A stretch of 64,000 bases of DNA from a virus. The notes beneath the pieces were generated by a model. The model was given only the letters and a program-made list of their open reading frames with translations. It had not been told where the DNA came from and ran no database searches. Shown piece after piece: positions 44,757-54,991 of the stretch. Both the position numbers and the translations under genes were made by a program. The stretch's first letter is position 1; every line of letters starts with the position of its first letter. The DNA is taken from the IMG/VR virus record IMGVR_UViG_3300033066_001842, one strand, 5' to 3'.

Positions 44757-45200
44757 ATGAAAGTCATAATTACTAAAGAAATTCAGAAACGTTTGCGCAA
44801 ACATTTCAAAAAGTTTTTCCCAAAAGAACAACTAGCAATTCTTCTCGGAACTGTAGGAAAAGAAGCCTACTACATTGAAGATATTTATATTCCAGAAAAT
44901 CAAAATTGTGGAAATAACTTTGTCTTGATGTCTTACAAAGATTATGATGTGGCTAAAATTCTGGCAAAAGAAAAAAACTTGGAAGTACTAGGAGACATCC
45001 ACTCTCATTGTTTCAAAGTCCCTATTGCTGACGGAGCCCCTTCAGAAGCAGATTGGCGGGGATCGTGGGCTTTAGAAATTGGCTGCACAATTAAAAAGCC
45101 TATATTTGGTATCCTTAAAATAGACAAATTAAATGAACGGTTTAGAACACGTTTTACATTTTGGAATATGGCTTTACCTTTGCCAATAGAAACACAATGA
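44757..45200 (+). CDS. JAMM/MPN-like metalloprotease-domain protein
   Basis: upstream Glu, then GDIHSHCFKVPIADGAPSEAD: H-x-H ... S-x-x-D zinc-ligand pattern with non-canonical spacing. Confidence 0.4.
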   Translation: MKVIITKEIQKRLRKHFKKFFPKEQLAILLGTVGKEAYYIEDIYIPENQNCGNNFVLMSYKDYDVAKILAKEKNLEVLGDIHSHCFKVPIADGAPSEADWRGSWALEIGCTIKKPIFGILKIDKLNERFRTRFTFWNMALPLPIETQ

Positions 45201-47017
45201 AATTTTTTAATTATCACTCATTAGGGGCGGCGCAATATCAAAACCTAAAAAAAGCGCGATGGTTAGCGCGTACCGATCTTCAATTCTTATGCAACGAAGT
45301 ATTAGGTTACACCCATATTCACCGCCCATTCCACAGTGGCCTACTCGAAGTTCTACAAAAATTCCCCTACCCTAATGCTGAACAATTTGAAAAAAATGAC
45401 GATCTTTCATCAGGCTACGTCAAATACGTTCCAATCCAAAACATTGTAACCCTGGAAGGTTCACGCCGTAACCTAATCCTGGACTTTCGCTCATCCATGA
45501 AAACTACAGTGAACGCTATTGCCCACACAATCCAATGGATTCTAAATTACCCCAACATCTCCATCCTTGTAATCCAGTCCAACTCGGAAAAGGCGGAAGA
45601 AATCTTGGGCGAAATCAAGCGCCACTTCCAAACCAACGAAAAATTTCGCCAACTATTTCCTGAACACTGCCCACAAAAGAAAATCTTTGACTGGGGAACC
45701 AAAGCCGAATTCACCACAGAATACCGCAATTTCAACTTCAAAGAAATGCACGCCCAACACAATAACGAGACTCACAAAGAGTCTACTGTTATTACTGCTG
45801 GTATCGATAAAGGAATTGCCGGAAAACACTGTGACGTTCTTAAATTCTCTGACATTGTAGACCCTTCCAACGCCAAAACCGAAAGTGGTTGCCACGAAGT
45901 ACGTAAAAACTACTTCCTTATGGAGCCAATCTTAACTACCCTTTCCTATTGGATCGACGTTGAAGGTACTCGCTACAACTATAACGACCTATACGGTTAC
46001 ATTGCTGAAAAAGAGGCGGAAAAAGCGCCCGAACAACGTGTATGGAAAATTTATGCGCGTTCATGTTACCGCAAAAAAACCAAAGACGGAAAACCTCAGA
46101 AATTCACCATCGATGAACTCGATTTACCCGACCTAACCGACCCATCCAAAGTTACACCGCGTAACCCAAATGGCTATATGTCTTGGTGGGAAGAACGTTT
46201 TGCCGTGGAATTCTTTGAAGATAAACGCCAAACAGAACCTTACACCTTCAGTTCTCAATACCACTTAAAACCTATGGCGGCTGAACCTGGAATGGTTCCC
46301 TTCATCGTAAACGACAAGCTTCCCGTCTTCGTAAAAGCCAAAGCTTTCAAAGACACTATCCCTATTGCTTACTATGACATAGCCGTAGATACCGCTGAAA
46401 CAGACGGAAAACGTTCTAACTTCTCTGCCATTGTAGTTGGTGCATTTACCGCTGGTGGAAACTGTATCATCTGTGACATCATTCACGGTAAATTTCTACC
46501 CGACAAACTAATCGATGAAATCATTTTCGCCTACAACAAATACAACCCTCGTTCCGTAAAAATTGAAAAAACCTCATTTGTGCGTGGACTTATGCCGGGA
46601 CTTCGCAAAGAATGTGAAAAACAAAACATCTTCATCCCAATTGAAGAAGTTGGAGTTTCCAACCGTCTTGCAAAAACCGAAAAAATCATCAAAGTGCTTC
46701 AACCCCTATACGTAAACGGCCACCTGCGTTTTCTCGATAATTTAGCTAAAAAACAAGAACTTCTCCAAGAATTACAAAAATTCCCTGCTTGGGAACGTAA
46801 CGACATCTTAGACGCCATGTCCACACTATTCGACAATAAAGAATATTTTGGGCGTGAAATTCCGCGCAAACACGACGTTTCCCGCGCCCATGCTCTGCAC
46901 CAAGAATACTTAAAACGTTTACCTGCAATGTATAACCAATATTTAGATACAGGAAATTCTGACTTATATTTTGAGGGAATACAAACTGTAAAAGGTTATG
47001 ACCGAACTGGTATATAA
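45161..47017 (+). CDS. putative terminase large subunit
   Basis: 618 aa, positioned directly upstream of the putative portal; deviant P-loop-like DFRSSMKTT; C-terminal acidic-residue nuclease-like region (YDIAVDTAETDGK...FSAIVVG). Confidence 0.45.
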   Translation: MEYGFTFANRNTMKFFNYHSLGAAQYQNLKKARWLARTDLQFLCNEVLGYTHIHRPFHSGLLEVLQKFPYPNAEQFEKNDDLSSGYVKYVPIQNIVTLEGSRRNLILDFRSSMKTTVNAIAHTIQWILNYPNISILVIQSNSEKAEEILGEIKRHFQTNEKFRQLFPEHCPQKKIFDWGTKAEFTTEYRNFNFKEMHAQHNNETHKESTVITAGIDKGIAGKHCDVLKFSDIVDPSNAKTESGCHEVRKNYFLMEPILTTLSYWIDVEGTRYNYNDLYGYIAEKEAEKAPEQRVWKIYARSCYRKKTKDGKPQKFTIDELDLPDLTDPSKVTPRNPNGYMSWWEERFAVEFFEDKRQTEPYTFSSQYHLKPMAAEPGMVPFIVNDKLPVFVKAKAFKDTIPIAYYDIAVDTAETDGKRSNFSAIVVGAFTAGGNCIICDIIHGKFLPDKLIDEIIFAYNKYNPRSVKIEKTSFVRGLMPGLRKECEKQNIFIPIEEVGVSNRLAKTEKIIKVLQPLYVNGHLRFLDNLAKKQELLQELQKFPAWERNDILDAMSTLFDNKEYFGREIPRKHDVSRAHALHQEYLKRLPAMYNQYLDTGNSDLYFEGIQTVKGYDRTGI

Positions 47018-47036
47018 TAGAAACAGGACAATTTAA

Positions 47037-49316
47037 ATGCCAGTTGAAAAGCAACTACCACAAACTCAATACGTCGATTTAGATAGCAAAGATTTTAAAT
47101 TTGGTCAAACTGAAATTGACGATGCTTATGCGTTAAACGTTGTCCAGCAACTTTTCCCAATTGCGGAAAATTATCGTTCCACTTGCTCACACGATCAACG
47201 TTGGAACACTAATGACGCTTTATTTTGTGGTTGGAAAGAAACTCGCACATGGGAAGGGACAACCATCCCTCGTGCCTCTATTGGTATTCCCATCTCTTTC
47301 GATCAAATTGAAGCAGCTTTACCCGTAATCTATTCTGCTATTTTCGCCATCGGTTCCGATTGGTTCTCTGTGGAAGCTGAACCTGGAACAGATCCTAAAG
47401 AAGCTCGCCAACTACAAGACGCAATGAACTACATCATGGAACATTGCCGTGATAACTACAGTTCATCCGTAAAACCCGAAATTAATCTTGCTGTCCTAGA
47501 CCTATTAGTCCATGGAAACGGTGGCTTAACAATGGGTTGGGATTCAGCCCGTAGACGCCCTTTTGTGCGTTGGATCGATCTTCGTAACCTCTATATTGAT
47601 CCGGGTTGCCAAACTCCCGATATTGAAGACTGCCGTTTTGCTTTTGAACGTAACACAATGTCCGTTCAAGAAATCCAAGACTTGCGCCAAAATCCAGCTA
47701 TGAATATTCCAGACGACGGTATATTACAAGCTTTGGCGAAAGCTGGCCCACCTAACGTTATTGCCGACCAAACAAAACGTATGCAAGAAGCGTTTCGTGG
47801 AATCCAATGGAACCCTGGAAACAGTGATTACACTCCTGTTCCAATGGATCGCAAAATTGAAGTTCTCATCTATTACTCAAAAACCCGTATAGTCTGGGTA
47901 TTAAACCGTCAAATAGTAATCTACAACGGCCCAAATCCTTACGGGTTTTATCCTTTCGTATTTGCTCCCTGCTATATCTACGCTTCTCGTTTCTATGCGC
48001 TATCAATGGCTGACGTTCAAGAAGGAAACCAACGTATAATTGAAGGGCTTGTAAATGGTCGCCTAGACGAAATCTCTCTCGCAATTCGCCCACCCCGTAT
48101 TGCAAAACGTGGAATTCTAATGACGCCATCTCAACAAAAATGGCACCCTGGCATGGTTTATCAGGCTGACGATCCAAAACATATGGAGCTATTCCAGCCA
48201 CAAAATAACCTTGCCAACATTTACGCTGAAGTAGAGTATTTCGACAAAGCTGCGGAAAAACGTACTGGTGTTAACTCTATGGCCCAAGGTGTGCCACGTG
48301 GTGGAAACGTTAACCGTACTGCTACAGGTGTCCAAAGTCAAACAAACGCCGCAAACGCCAAACTTCAAAACATTGTCTCAAATATTGAAGACTACATGAT
48401 TTTGCCGCTTCTATACAAGCTGTACAAAATCATGCAATTTAACACAAATCCTGAGGACCAACTACCAACCTCGGGAAGTAACAAAGTACCTGCATATCTC
48501 TTCCAAAAGCCCATCCAGTTCAAAATGAATGCGGCATCGCGTATGATCTCGCGTCAAGAGTTAATGCAGATTTTCCCATTTGTAACCCAATATCTCCTAA
48601 ATGGGCAATTCCTTGGAATGCTCGAACAAGGTGGAAATACTCTCAATTTTGACGAATATTACACATTCTTCCAAGATTGCACAGGTGTATCAAAACGTTA
48701 CAACTTCGTGCGTCCAATCACACCAGAAGAACAGCAACAAAAACAACAACAACAAGAACAAAATCCTGAAACAATCAAACAAAAACAGGATTACGAACTT
48801 GAAAAAGAGAAAAACGACATCGCACGCGAGAAAAATCAAATCGATGCTCAAAAAGGACTTCCAAATCCTCAAGAAATGCAAATCGAAGAACTCAAAGCCA
48901 AAATCGAAATGCAAAAAATGCAAATGGAAGCCCAACTTGAAAAAGATAAAGCTCAACAAGAGATGATTAAAGAGCTTCAAATGGGCAAAATCAAGATTCA
49001 AGCGGAGCAAGAAAAACTTCAAGTCAAACGCGAAGAGTCTCAAATGAAGATGCAAGCCAAATCGCAAGAACTTGCTATGAGCATGAAATCTCAAATGCTG
49101 CAATCGCAAATGGACATCGCTAACCAGCAACGTCAAAGCGAACTGGATGCCATTATGGGACAACAAAACATCCGCCACGCTGAAGAACAGCATCAACAAT
49201 CGCTGAAACACGAAAAAGTATCTGGTGAACAGTCTCTAAAACTAAAAGGTGAAGAAGCCAAACTGAAAGCAAAATCTATGGCGGCAAAACCAAAACCATC
49301 AGGTAAACCACGCTAA
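47037..49316 (+). CDS. putative portal protein with long Q/E/K-rich coiled-coil C-terminal extension
   Basis: 759 aa, sits between terminase and scaffold/capsid genes; the last ~250 aa are low-complexity (QQQKQQQQEQ...MQKMQMEAQLEK...). Confidence 0.4.
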   Translation: MPVEKQLPQTQYVDLDSKDFKFGQTEIDDAYALNVVQQLFPIAENYRSTCSHDQRWNTNDALFCGWKETRTWEGTTIPRASIGIPISFDQIEAALPVIYSAIFAIGSDWFSVEAEPGTDPKEARQLQDAMNYIMEHCRDNYSSSVKPEINLAVLDLLVHGNGGLTMGWDSARRRPFVRWIDLRNLYIDPGCQTPDIEDCRFAFERNTMSVQEIQDLRQNPAMNIPDDGILQALAKAGPPNVIADQTKRMQEAFRGIQWNPGNSDYTPVPMDRKIEVLIYYSKTRIVWVLNRQIVIYNGPNPYGFYPFVFAPCYIYASRFYALSMADVQEGNQRIIEGLVNGRLDEISLAIRPPRIAKRGILMTPSQQKWHPGMVYQADDPKHMELFQPQNNLANIYAEVEYFDKAAEKRTGVNSMAQGVPRGGNVNRTATGVQSQTNAANAKLQNIVSNIEDYMILPLLYKLYKIMQFNTNPEDQLPTSGSNKVPAYLFQKPIQFKMNAASRMISRQELMQIFPFVTQYLLNGQFLGMLEQGGNTLNFDEYYTFFQDCTGVSKRYNFVRPITPEEQQQKQQQQEQNPETIKQKQDYELEKEKNDIAREKNQIDAQKGLPNPQEMQIEELKAKIEMQKMQMEAQLEKDKAQQEMIKELQMGKIKIQAEQEKLQVKREESQMKMQAKSQELAMSMKSQMLQSQMDIANQQRQSELDAIMGQQNIRHAEEQHQQSLKHEKVSGEQSLKLKGEEAKLKAKSMAAKPKPSGKPR

Positions 49317-49319
49317 TTT

Positions 49320-49667
49320 ATGAACTTAGAATACGAACAAATGGAAGATATCATAGCCCTTAAGGACTCTTCCGCTTATAAAAACGTCATCGATCTAATA
49401 AAAGCTGAAATAGACTTTACCTCTCAAGATATGCAAACCCTTGACAACAATTTAGATGTCAAGCTTCTACCATATTGGAAAGCTCTCCATAAAGTCTATT
49501 TCCTTTTGGTTACGGCCCCGGAATCAATACGCGAAGAACTCGAAAACTATCGCAAAAACATCATTGGCGTAAATGCTATGGACTCCTTCATGCATAAACC
49601 TACGCCAGAACTTCTAACTGCTTTAAAAAAGCACTATGAAACATTAAAAAAGCAAGAGAAAGAGTAG
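49320..49667 (+). CDS. hypothetical protein (head morphogenesis region)
   Basis: 115 aa. Confidence 0.35.
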   Translation: MNLEYEQMEDIIALKDSSAYKNVIDLIKAEIDFTSQDMQTLDNNLDVKLLPYWKALHKVYFLLVTAPESIREELENYRKNIIGVNAMDSFMHKPTPELLTALKKHYETLKKQEKE

Positions 49668-49681
49668 TATAATTAAAATAT

Positions 49682-50512
49682 ATGGATATTAATCAAGCAA
49701 TCCATGAAGAATTAACTGGAAACGAAACAACACAAAGTTCTCCACTTTCAGTTGAAATCAATGGTCAAAAAATTACGTTTAACTCTCCTGAAGAATTAAA
49801 TCAAAATCTTCAAGAAGCCCTAAACTCGGTTGGTAACGAATACCGCCAAATGAAGCAACAACTGGCGGAATACCAAGCTGGTTTAAACCAAAACCCCGGT
49901 CAAACCGTTGATACCGACGATTCTGCCGACACTGGTAAATTCAGTCAAGCCCGTTATATCGAACTTCTACGTGATAACGCCCTAGAAGCGGCTGAATACG
50001 TAGATAGCCATCGTTACGGTATCAAAGAAAAACCATCGGAATACATCAAACAAACTCTGCGTCAATCTGAACAATTGCGCGAAGAAAGTGAAGTAAACCG
50101 TTGGATTCGTCTTCACCCTGAATTCCCAGGCGGGGAACATGCTGGAAAACTTGACAAAGTTCGCCAAAGCCTTGGCCTACCTATGACTGCGGAAAACCTG
50201 GAAGTAGCATATCAACGTGCTATCCAAACCAACGTAATCCCAGATTTCAAAACAATCGCTTATCTCAACCAATACAAACAACACCTATTGAACGATATTC
50301 AATCAAAAGGTGGACAACTACCCGACGAATATCAACAAAATATTCCACAGCAACAATTCCAAGCACCACCCCAACGCCCTAGCAACTTTACCCCTCCTCC
50401 ATCTATGCCACGTCCAGGTGGGGGACAAATCGACGTTAATAATGAAGCCTCTCTAGAACAATTGTCACTAACACAACTGGAAGCAATTCTGAAAAGAGCG
50501 GGAGCATTATAA
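49682..50512 (+). CDS. putative scaffolding protein
   Basis: 276 aa, helical and Q/E-rich, immediately upstream of the putative capsid gene. Confidence 0.35.
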   Translation: MDINQAIHEELTGNETTQSSPLSVEINGQKITFNSPEELNQNLQEALNSVGNEYRQMKQQLAEYQAGLNQNPGQTVDTDDSADTGKFSQARYIELLRDNALEAAEYVDSHRYGIKEKPSEYIKQTLRQSEQLREESEVNRWIRLHPEFPGGEHAGKLDKVRQSLGLPMTAENLEVAYQRAIQTNVIPDFKTIAYLNQYKQHLLNDIQSKGGQLPDEYQQNIPQQQFQAPPQRPSNFTPPPSMPRPGGGQIDVNNEASLEQLSLTQLEAILKRAGAL

Positions 50513-50700
50513 AAAATCTTACCTAAGGTGACCCAACGCACCTAAAAATGGGGGCAAATAATTAGTGTGAAAGTTAAAAATGGGTTATGAGCCACTAATT
50601 GCCCCCGGTAAGGTTCTAAAATATACCAAACAAAAAGAGTTCAAAGAAATTCTTGGTATTTTTGATATAATTAAAAGTGAAGGAAGTACATAAATAAAAA

Positions 50701-51690
50701 ATGGCATATACTCCAGCGGCAAATTTAACTAGTTCATCAGGTCTAGCCAACGTCCAAAGTATTTTTTACAAAAAAACCGGACTTGACCGCTTAATGAAGA
50801 AATTCGTTTTCCGCAAACCCTGCATGAAAGATTCCATCCCAAAGGCTAGTGGGCGTACTGTTCAATGGTACCGTTACAACAACCTTTCAACACAAACAAC
50901 ACCTTCAGCCGAAGGACAAGTTGGATCTCCTCAAAGTATCAGCAACAGAATCGTTCAAAGTACTGTATCTCAATATACAGCCTTTATTAACCTTTCTGAT
51001 TTTCTTGTGGATACTGCCATTGATCCTGCTGTACAAAATGCGGCTGAACTACTGGGGTACCAAGCTGGCTACACTGTAGACACTCTTACCCGTACAATTT
51101 TCGATAACGAATCCGCATCTACAGCGCTTTCAACTTTCTCAACATATTTCAAAGTTGCTGACCTACGTAACCTGCGCCACACTCTACAAGCCAACGACGT
51201 TGAGCCTATGGAAGACGGCGAATTCTACGTATATATGCACCCTTATGTATCGTTTGACCTTGTGAACGATCCTGCCGCAAATGGACTTGCCGATATCTTC
51301 AAATACAACACTGACGTAAAAAATACGCCTCTTGTGAAATATGAAGATCGCGGACTAGTTACACACATTGCTGGTTGCCGTGTTGAAGAAACAACAAACG
51401 TTAAAACACTTACTGGGCCAAACCGCTACCGTGTATACGGATTCGGTAAAAATGGTGTAGCTTGTGTTGACCTAGAAGGACGCGGCCCATCTAATGTTAC
51501 AGATCCAGCGAAACAATCGTTTAAAATTAACACCATCAAAGGTACTCCGTCTATGTTTGACCCTGAAGGTGTTATTGGTGCGGCGGTTTCTTACAACTTC
51601 ATCTACTCTGCGGTAGTTGTGGAAGGTCCATCTGGAATTGGTGGAACTTATCGTTTCCGTACATTTGATGCTCAGTCATCAATTGGTTAA
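50701..51690 (+). CDS. putative major capsid protein
   Basis: 329 aa, strong RBS-like AAGGAAG upstream, position after the scaffold; no fold-level evidence. Confidence 0.4.
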   Translation: MAYTPAANLTSSSGLANVQSIFYKKTGLDRLMKKFVFRKPCMKDSIPKASGRTVQWYRYNNLSTQTTPSAEGQVGSPQSISNRIVQSTVSQYTAFINLSDFLVDTAIDPAVQNAAELLGYQAGYTVDTLTRTIFDNESASTALSTFSTYFKVADLRNLRHTLQANDVEPMEDGEFYVYMHPYVSFDLVNDPAANGLADIFKYNTDVKNTPLVKYEDRGLVTHIAGCRVEETTNVKTLTGPNRYRVYGFGKNGVACVDLEGRGPSNVTDPAKQSFKINTIKGTPSMFDPEGVIGAAVSYNFIYSAVVVEGPSGIGGTYRFRTFDAQSSIG

Positions 51691-51714
51691 TTTTTAAGAA
51701 AGGAATAACTAAAA

Positions 51715-52242
51715 ATGGCTGATAGAAAAGTATTATCAAACGATACCTATAGTGCTCCACAAGGGCAAGGACTTGCTTATCAAGAAGAAGTCTTTACAAT
51801 TGCCCTAAACGAAACTTCTGTTCATGGGGCCGCTGCAACTACCCTTCAAGGGATTGCAGGCCCTATGTCCAAACCTGGACGTATCGTAGATTTTGTTATC
51901 GGAGTAGCGGCAATTGCTGTTTCTGCTTCTGGTTTCGTATCTGCAAACGTTTCTGCCGATGTTCGTATCAATTCTGCGCCTGTGTGTTCAACTCAACCTG
52001 CAATCCCTGGTCCTGTAGGATCAGCGGGAGCCGCATTCAGAATTGCTACAAACTCAACATTTACTTCTGCTGCTGGAAAACCAAGTCCAACTTCAGCGGT
52101 AATTAACGCAGCTTCGGCTAACTTCAGCGCTGGCGACATGATCTCAATGGATTATGCCCTTGGTTCTGCGGGTTCTGCTGCCGCTGGAACTTCTGGTAAA
52201 GGTTTCTATGGGCAAGTAACAGTTCGTTACGCTGCACAATAA
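51715..52242 (+). CDS. putative head decoration/accessory protein
   Basis: 175 aa, A/G/S-rich. Confidence 0.3.
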   Translation: MADRKVLSNDTYSAPQGQGLAYQEEVFTIALNETSVHGAAATTLQGIAGPMSKPGRIVDFVIGVAAIAVSASGFVSANVSADVRINSAPVCSTQPAIPGPVGSAGAAFRIATNSTFTSAAGKPSPTSAVINAASANFSAGDMISMDYALGSAGSAAAGTSGKGFYGQVTVRYAAQ

Positions 52243-52366
52243 CTTGACAACAACCCTTAATTAGGCTATTATAAAGATAGCCACACTGTCTGTACAAGAT
52301 AAGCCACCCTAGCGAAAGCGGAGGTGGTTTTCTTGCATTTGTGGGGATTTTTTAAAAGGAAATACA

Positions 52367-52714
52367 ATGAAAGATTTTTGTGAAGAATGGGTAGGCTTTG
52401 ACCTCGATAGAACTCTAGCCCACTATGACAAATTCAGAGGTTTAGACCACATAGGGGAACCAATCCCCGCTATGGTCACCATCCTAAAAAACTATCTAGC
52501 CCGTGGCGTTAAATGTAAAATTTTCACTGCCCGTGTATGCAACCTAGACGGTCAAGCGGATTTTGCCGAAAACGAAATACGTACTTGGTGCCTAAAGCAC
52601 ATTGGTCAAGAACTCGAAGTAACTTGTGTAAAAGATTATGGTATGACTAAACTCTATGACGACCGTGCAGTAGGAGTAGTTCCCAACACTGGGATTCTAG
52701 TACAATATATTTAA
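52367..52714 (+). CDS. hypothetical protein
   Basis: 115 aa. Confidence 0.35.
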   Translation: MKDFCEEWVGFDLDRTLAHYDKFRGLDHIGEPIPAMVTILKNYLARGVKCKIFTARVCNLDGQADFAENEIRTWCLKHIGQELEVTCVKDYGMTKLYDDRAVGVVPNTGILVQYI

Positions 52715-53074
52715 ATGTTCATCTATCATCAAAAAACTGGAAACTTATTCCATAACGCAACAATCATCGAAACGGGCTACTCAGGTACCAAAAAAGGGCG
52801 TAATAACCCCGAAATGGAAGCTGTCCCCAACGTGGGGCCTATACCCAAGGGTGATTACAAAATTGCTAATTTCCCTATAAATTCCAAAAAACTTGGCCCC
52901 TACAGCATTCCCCTTTATCAAAAAGTAATGCCCACTACCCATACTCGTTCAGGGTTTTGGATTCACGGCAACAATTCCAAAAATGATGCTTCAACAGGTT
53001 GCATAATTTTATCTCGTGCGGCGAGAAATCATATCATTGCGAGTGGCGACAAAGATTTATCCGTAGTAGAATAG
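52715..53074 (+). CDS. L,D-transpeptidase (YkuD)-like domain protein
   Basis: FWIHGNNSKNDASTGCIIL: the His-Gly ... Ser/Thr-x-Gly-Cys catalytic signature of L,D-transpeptidases. Confidence 0.45.
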   Translation: MFIYHQKTGNLFHNATIIETGYSGTKKGRNNPEMEAVPNVGPIPKGDYKIANFPINSKKLGPYSIPLYQKVMPTTHTRSGFWIHGNNSKNDASTGCIILSRAARNHIIASGDKDLSVVE

Positions 53075-53079
53075 TATAT

Positions 53080-54177
53080 ATGTCTGCTGTTTGTTTTTAT
53101 TCGCCCATCTGTCTAGAACCTTGGGATTTTAACACACCTAATACAACTGGAATTGGAGGTTCCGAAACTTCCCACATAGAACTAGCCAAACGTTTCGCCC
53201 TTTCCGGTTATGAAACAACTTCTTTTAACTCCATTGAAACCATTACCAAATCGCCAGAAGGTGTCATATATTACCCGCTATCCGACTTTAGACTGGAAAG
53301 TAGTACCCATTACTTCGTGTACCGAGATCCCCAATTTTTTGACAATGAAAGTCTGGCAGGGCTCAACAACAAATACTATTTTATTGCTCAAGATGTAGAT
53401 TACGATTGGAACCCTACCCGTCTATCAAGAATTGATAGATACATCTGCCTTTGTCAAACTCACGCCCGTTACACCCTCAACAAATACCCCGCCCTCAAAG
53501 GGCGCATTATCATCTCTTCCAACGGCATTGATTCTGAAGGAATTGGTTTCGATAATGCTGCCACCTTCTCACTAAATCCCGAATATCGCAACCCCAAACA
53601 TCTAATGTATGCATCCTCTCCAGATCGCGGGTTACTCCTAATCCTGGAAAATTGGTTCCGCATAAAAGAACGTGTCCCTGAAGCCGAGCTATCTATCTAC
53701 TATGGGTTCAATAACATGGACACCATCATTAAAAAAATGGGTGGAAATGCCGACCTCGAATATCTCAGAAAGAATATCGAAACGTTAATGCATCAACCTG
53801 GAATTCATTGGAAGGGGCGCAAACCACAATCTGACATTCATATGTCTTGGCGCAAAGCTGGCGTCTTTTTCTATCCATCCAATTGGCCAGAAACTTCCTG
53901 CATCTCAATCATGGAAGCTCAAGCTTGTGGGGCTATCCCCGTAATTAACCGCCATTGGGCTCAGGGTGAAAATTGTCTGGGCGGTATAAATCTTACCGGA
54001 AACGTTCCTCAAGAAGACGACTTAATGAAAGTCCGTCTCATCCGTTATTGTTGCGACGTTTTAAATGATTCAGCTTACCAAGAAGAACACCGACCCAAAA
54101 TAATGCAAGACGCTTTAGACACCTTTTCGTGGGACAAAGTTTACACCCAAATGGTTAACCTTGTGGAGGGAAAATGA
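53080..54177 (+). CDS. glycosyltransferase, GT-B fold (GT4-like)
   Basis: FFYPSNWPETSCISIMEAQACGAIPVIN is a typical GT4 E-x7-E region; the ORF track starts at 52999 but the Met at 53080 follows the upstream stop. Confidence 0.5.
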   Translation: MSAVCFYSPICLEPWDFNTPNTTGIGGSETSHIELAKRFALSGYETTSFNSIETITKSPEGVIYYPLSDFRLESSTHYFVYRDPQFFDNESLAGLNNKYYFIAQDVDYDWNPTRLSRIDRYICLCQTHARYTLNKYPALKGRIIISSNGIDSEGIGFDNAATFSLNPEYRNPKHLMYASSPDRGLLLILENWFRIKERVPEAELSIYYGFNNMDTIIKKMGGNADLEYLRKNIETLMHQPGIHWKGRKPQSDIHMSWRKAGVFFYPSNWPETSCISIMEAQACGAIPVINRHWAQGENCLGGINLTGNVPQEDDLMKVRLIRYCCDVLNDSAYQEEHRPKIMQDALDTFSWDKVYTQMVNLVEGK

Positions 54178-54878
54178 ACATAGATAACCGCGAATACAAA
54201 TATACAGTTGGGCGTATGTTCTCAACTTCCCCTGGAGAATATTTCCTAGACTCTTGGGAAAAAATGATCCTATACAATAATGAATTTCTTTGTAATGATG
54301 AATACAAAGTTCATTACGTAAAAGGAACTGTATCTTACCACGAAATTGGACGCCAACAAATTGTAGATGGGGCAAAAGGCGATTGGTTATTACTCCTCGA
54401 TACGGACCACCAATTTGCGCCCGATCTATTAGACCGTCTTCTAGTCTATGCGAAACGTCACAAATCCCGCGTCTTATCTGGCTGCTACCAATACAAAGTT
54501 CCGCCCCATAGTCCCGTAGTGTGTCTATGGAAGTCTCCCGACCTAAACAACACAGAACTGTGTCCCATTTACGATTGGAAATGTGACCCTGGAGAAGTTG
54601 TATCTGTTGGTGCTGTAGGTGGAGGCTGTCTCCTGGTTGATACATCCGTATTTACCCAAATCAAACGTGAATTTGGAGTAAACCCCTTTGAAAAAGTTGC
54701 TCGCCTCTCGGAAGATTATTCCTTCTGCTACTACTGTAAAAAATTGGGAATCCCCGTACACTGGACACCCCACGTACAAAGCCACCACATATTAAACGCC
54801 ATATTAAACATAAATGACTACAATTATGCGGGAAAAGGTTTAAAGGTTTCCACCGAAAACGGGAAAATTATACTATAA
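54174..54878 (+). CDS. glycosyltransferase, GT-A fold (GT2-like)
   Basis: LLLLDTDHQF D-x-D-type motif in an ~230-aa protein; 4-nt overlap with the upstream glycosyltransferase. Confidence 0.4.
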   Translation: MNIDNREYKYTVGRMFSTSPGEYFLDSWEKMILYNNEFLCNDEYKVHYVKGTVSYHEIGRQQIVDGAKGDWLLLLDTDHQFAPDLLDRLLVYAKRHKSRVLSGCYQYKVPPHSPVVCLWKSPDLNNTELCPIYDWKCDPGEVVSVGAVGGGCLLVDTSVFTQIKREFGVNPFEKVARLSEDYSFCYYCKKLGIPVHWTPHVQSHHILNAILNINDYNYAGKGLKVSTENGKIIL

Positions 54879-54902
54879 TAATAATAATAGTTAGTTTTAT
54901 CG

Positions 54903-54976
54903 CGGAATAGTGAAACGGTATCATGCTAGTCTCATACGCTTGAGTTAAGGGTTCAACTCCCTTTTCCGCAACCAAT
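54903..54976 (+). tRNA. tRNA-Met(CAU) with unpaired C1·A72 (initiator-like)
   Basis: acceptor CGCGGAA/TTCCGCA with the first pair C·A, D-arm GTGA-AACGGTA-TCAT, anticodon loop CTCATAC, T-arm AAGGG-TTCAACT-CCCTT, CCA encoded; the anticodon stem lacks the three G-C pairs of canonical initiators. Confidence 0.5.
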
Positions 54977-54991
54977 TTTTATAGGAAACAA

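Noticed and set aside
48601-49211. Overlapping 121-aa (plus) and 173-aa (minus) ORFs
   Set aside because: Frame-shifted readings of the repetitive Q/E/K-rich 3' end of the portal gene.
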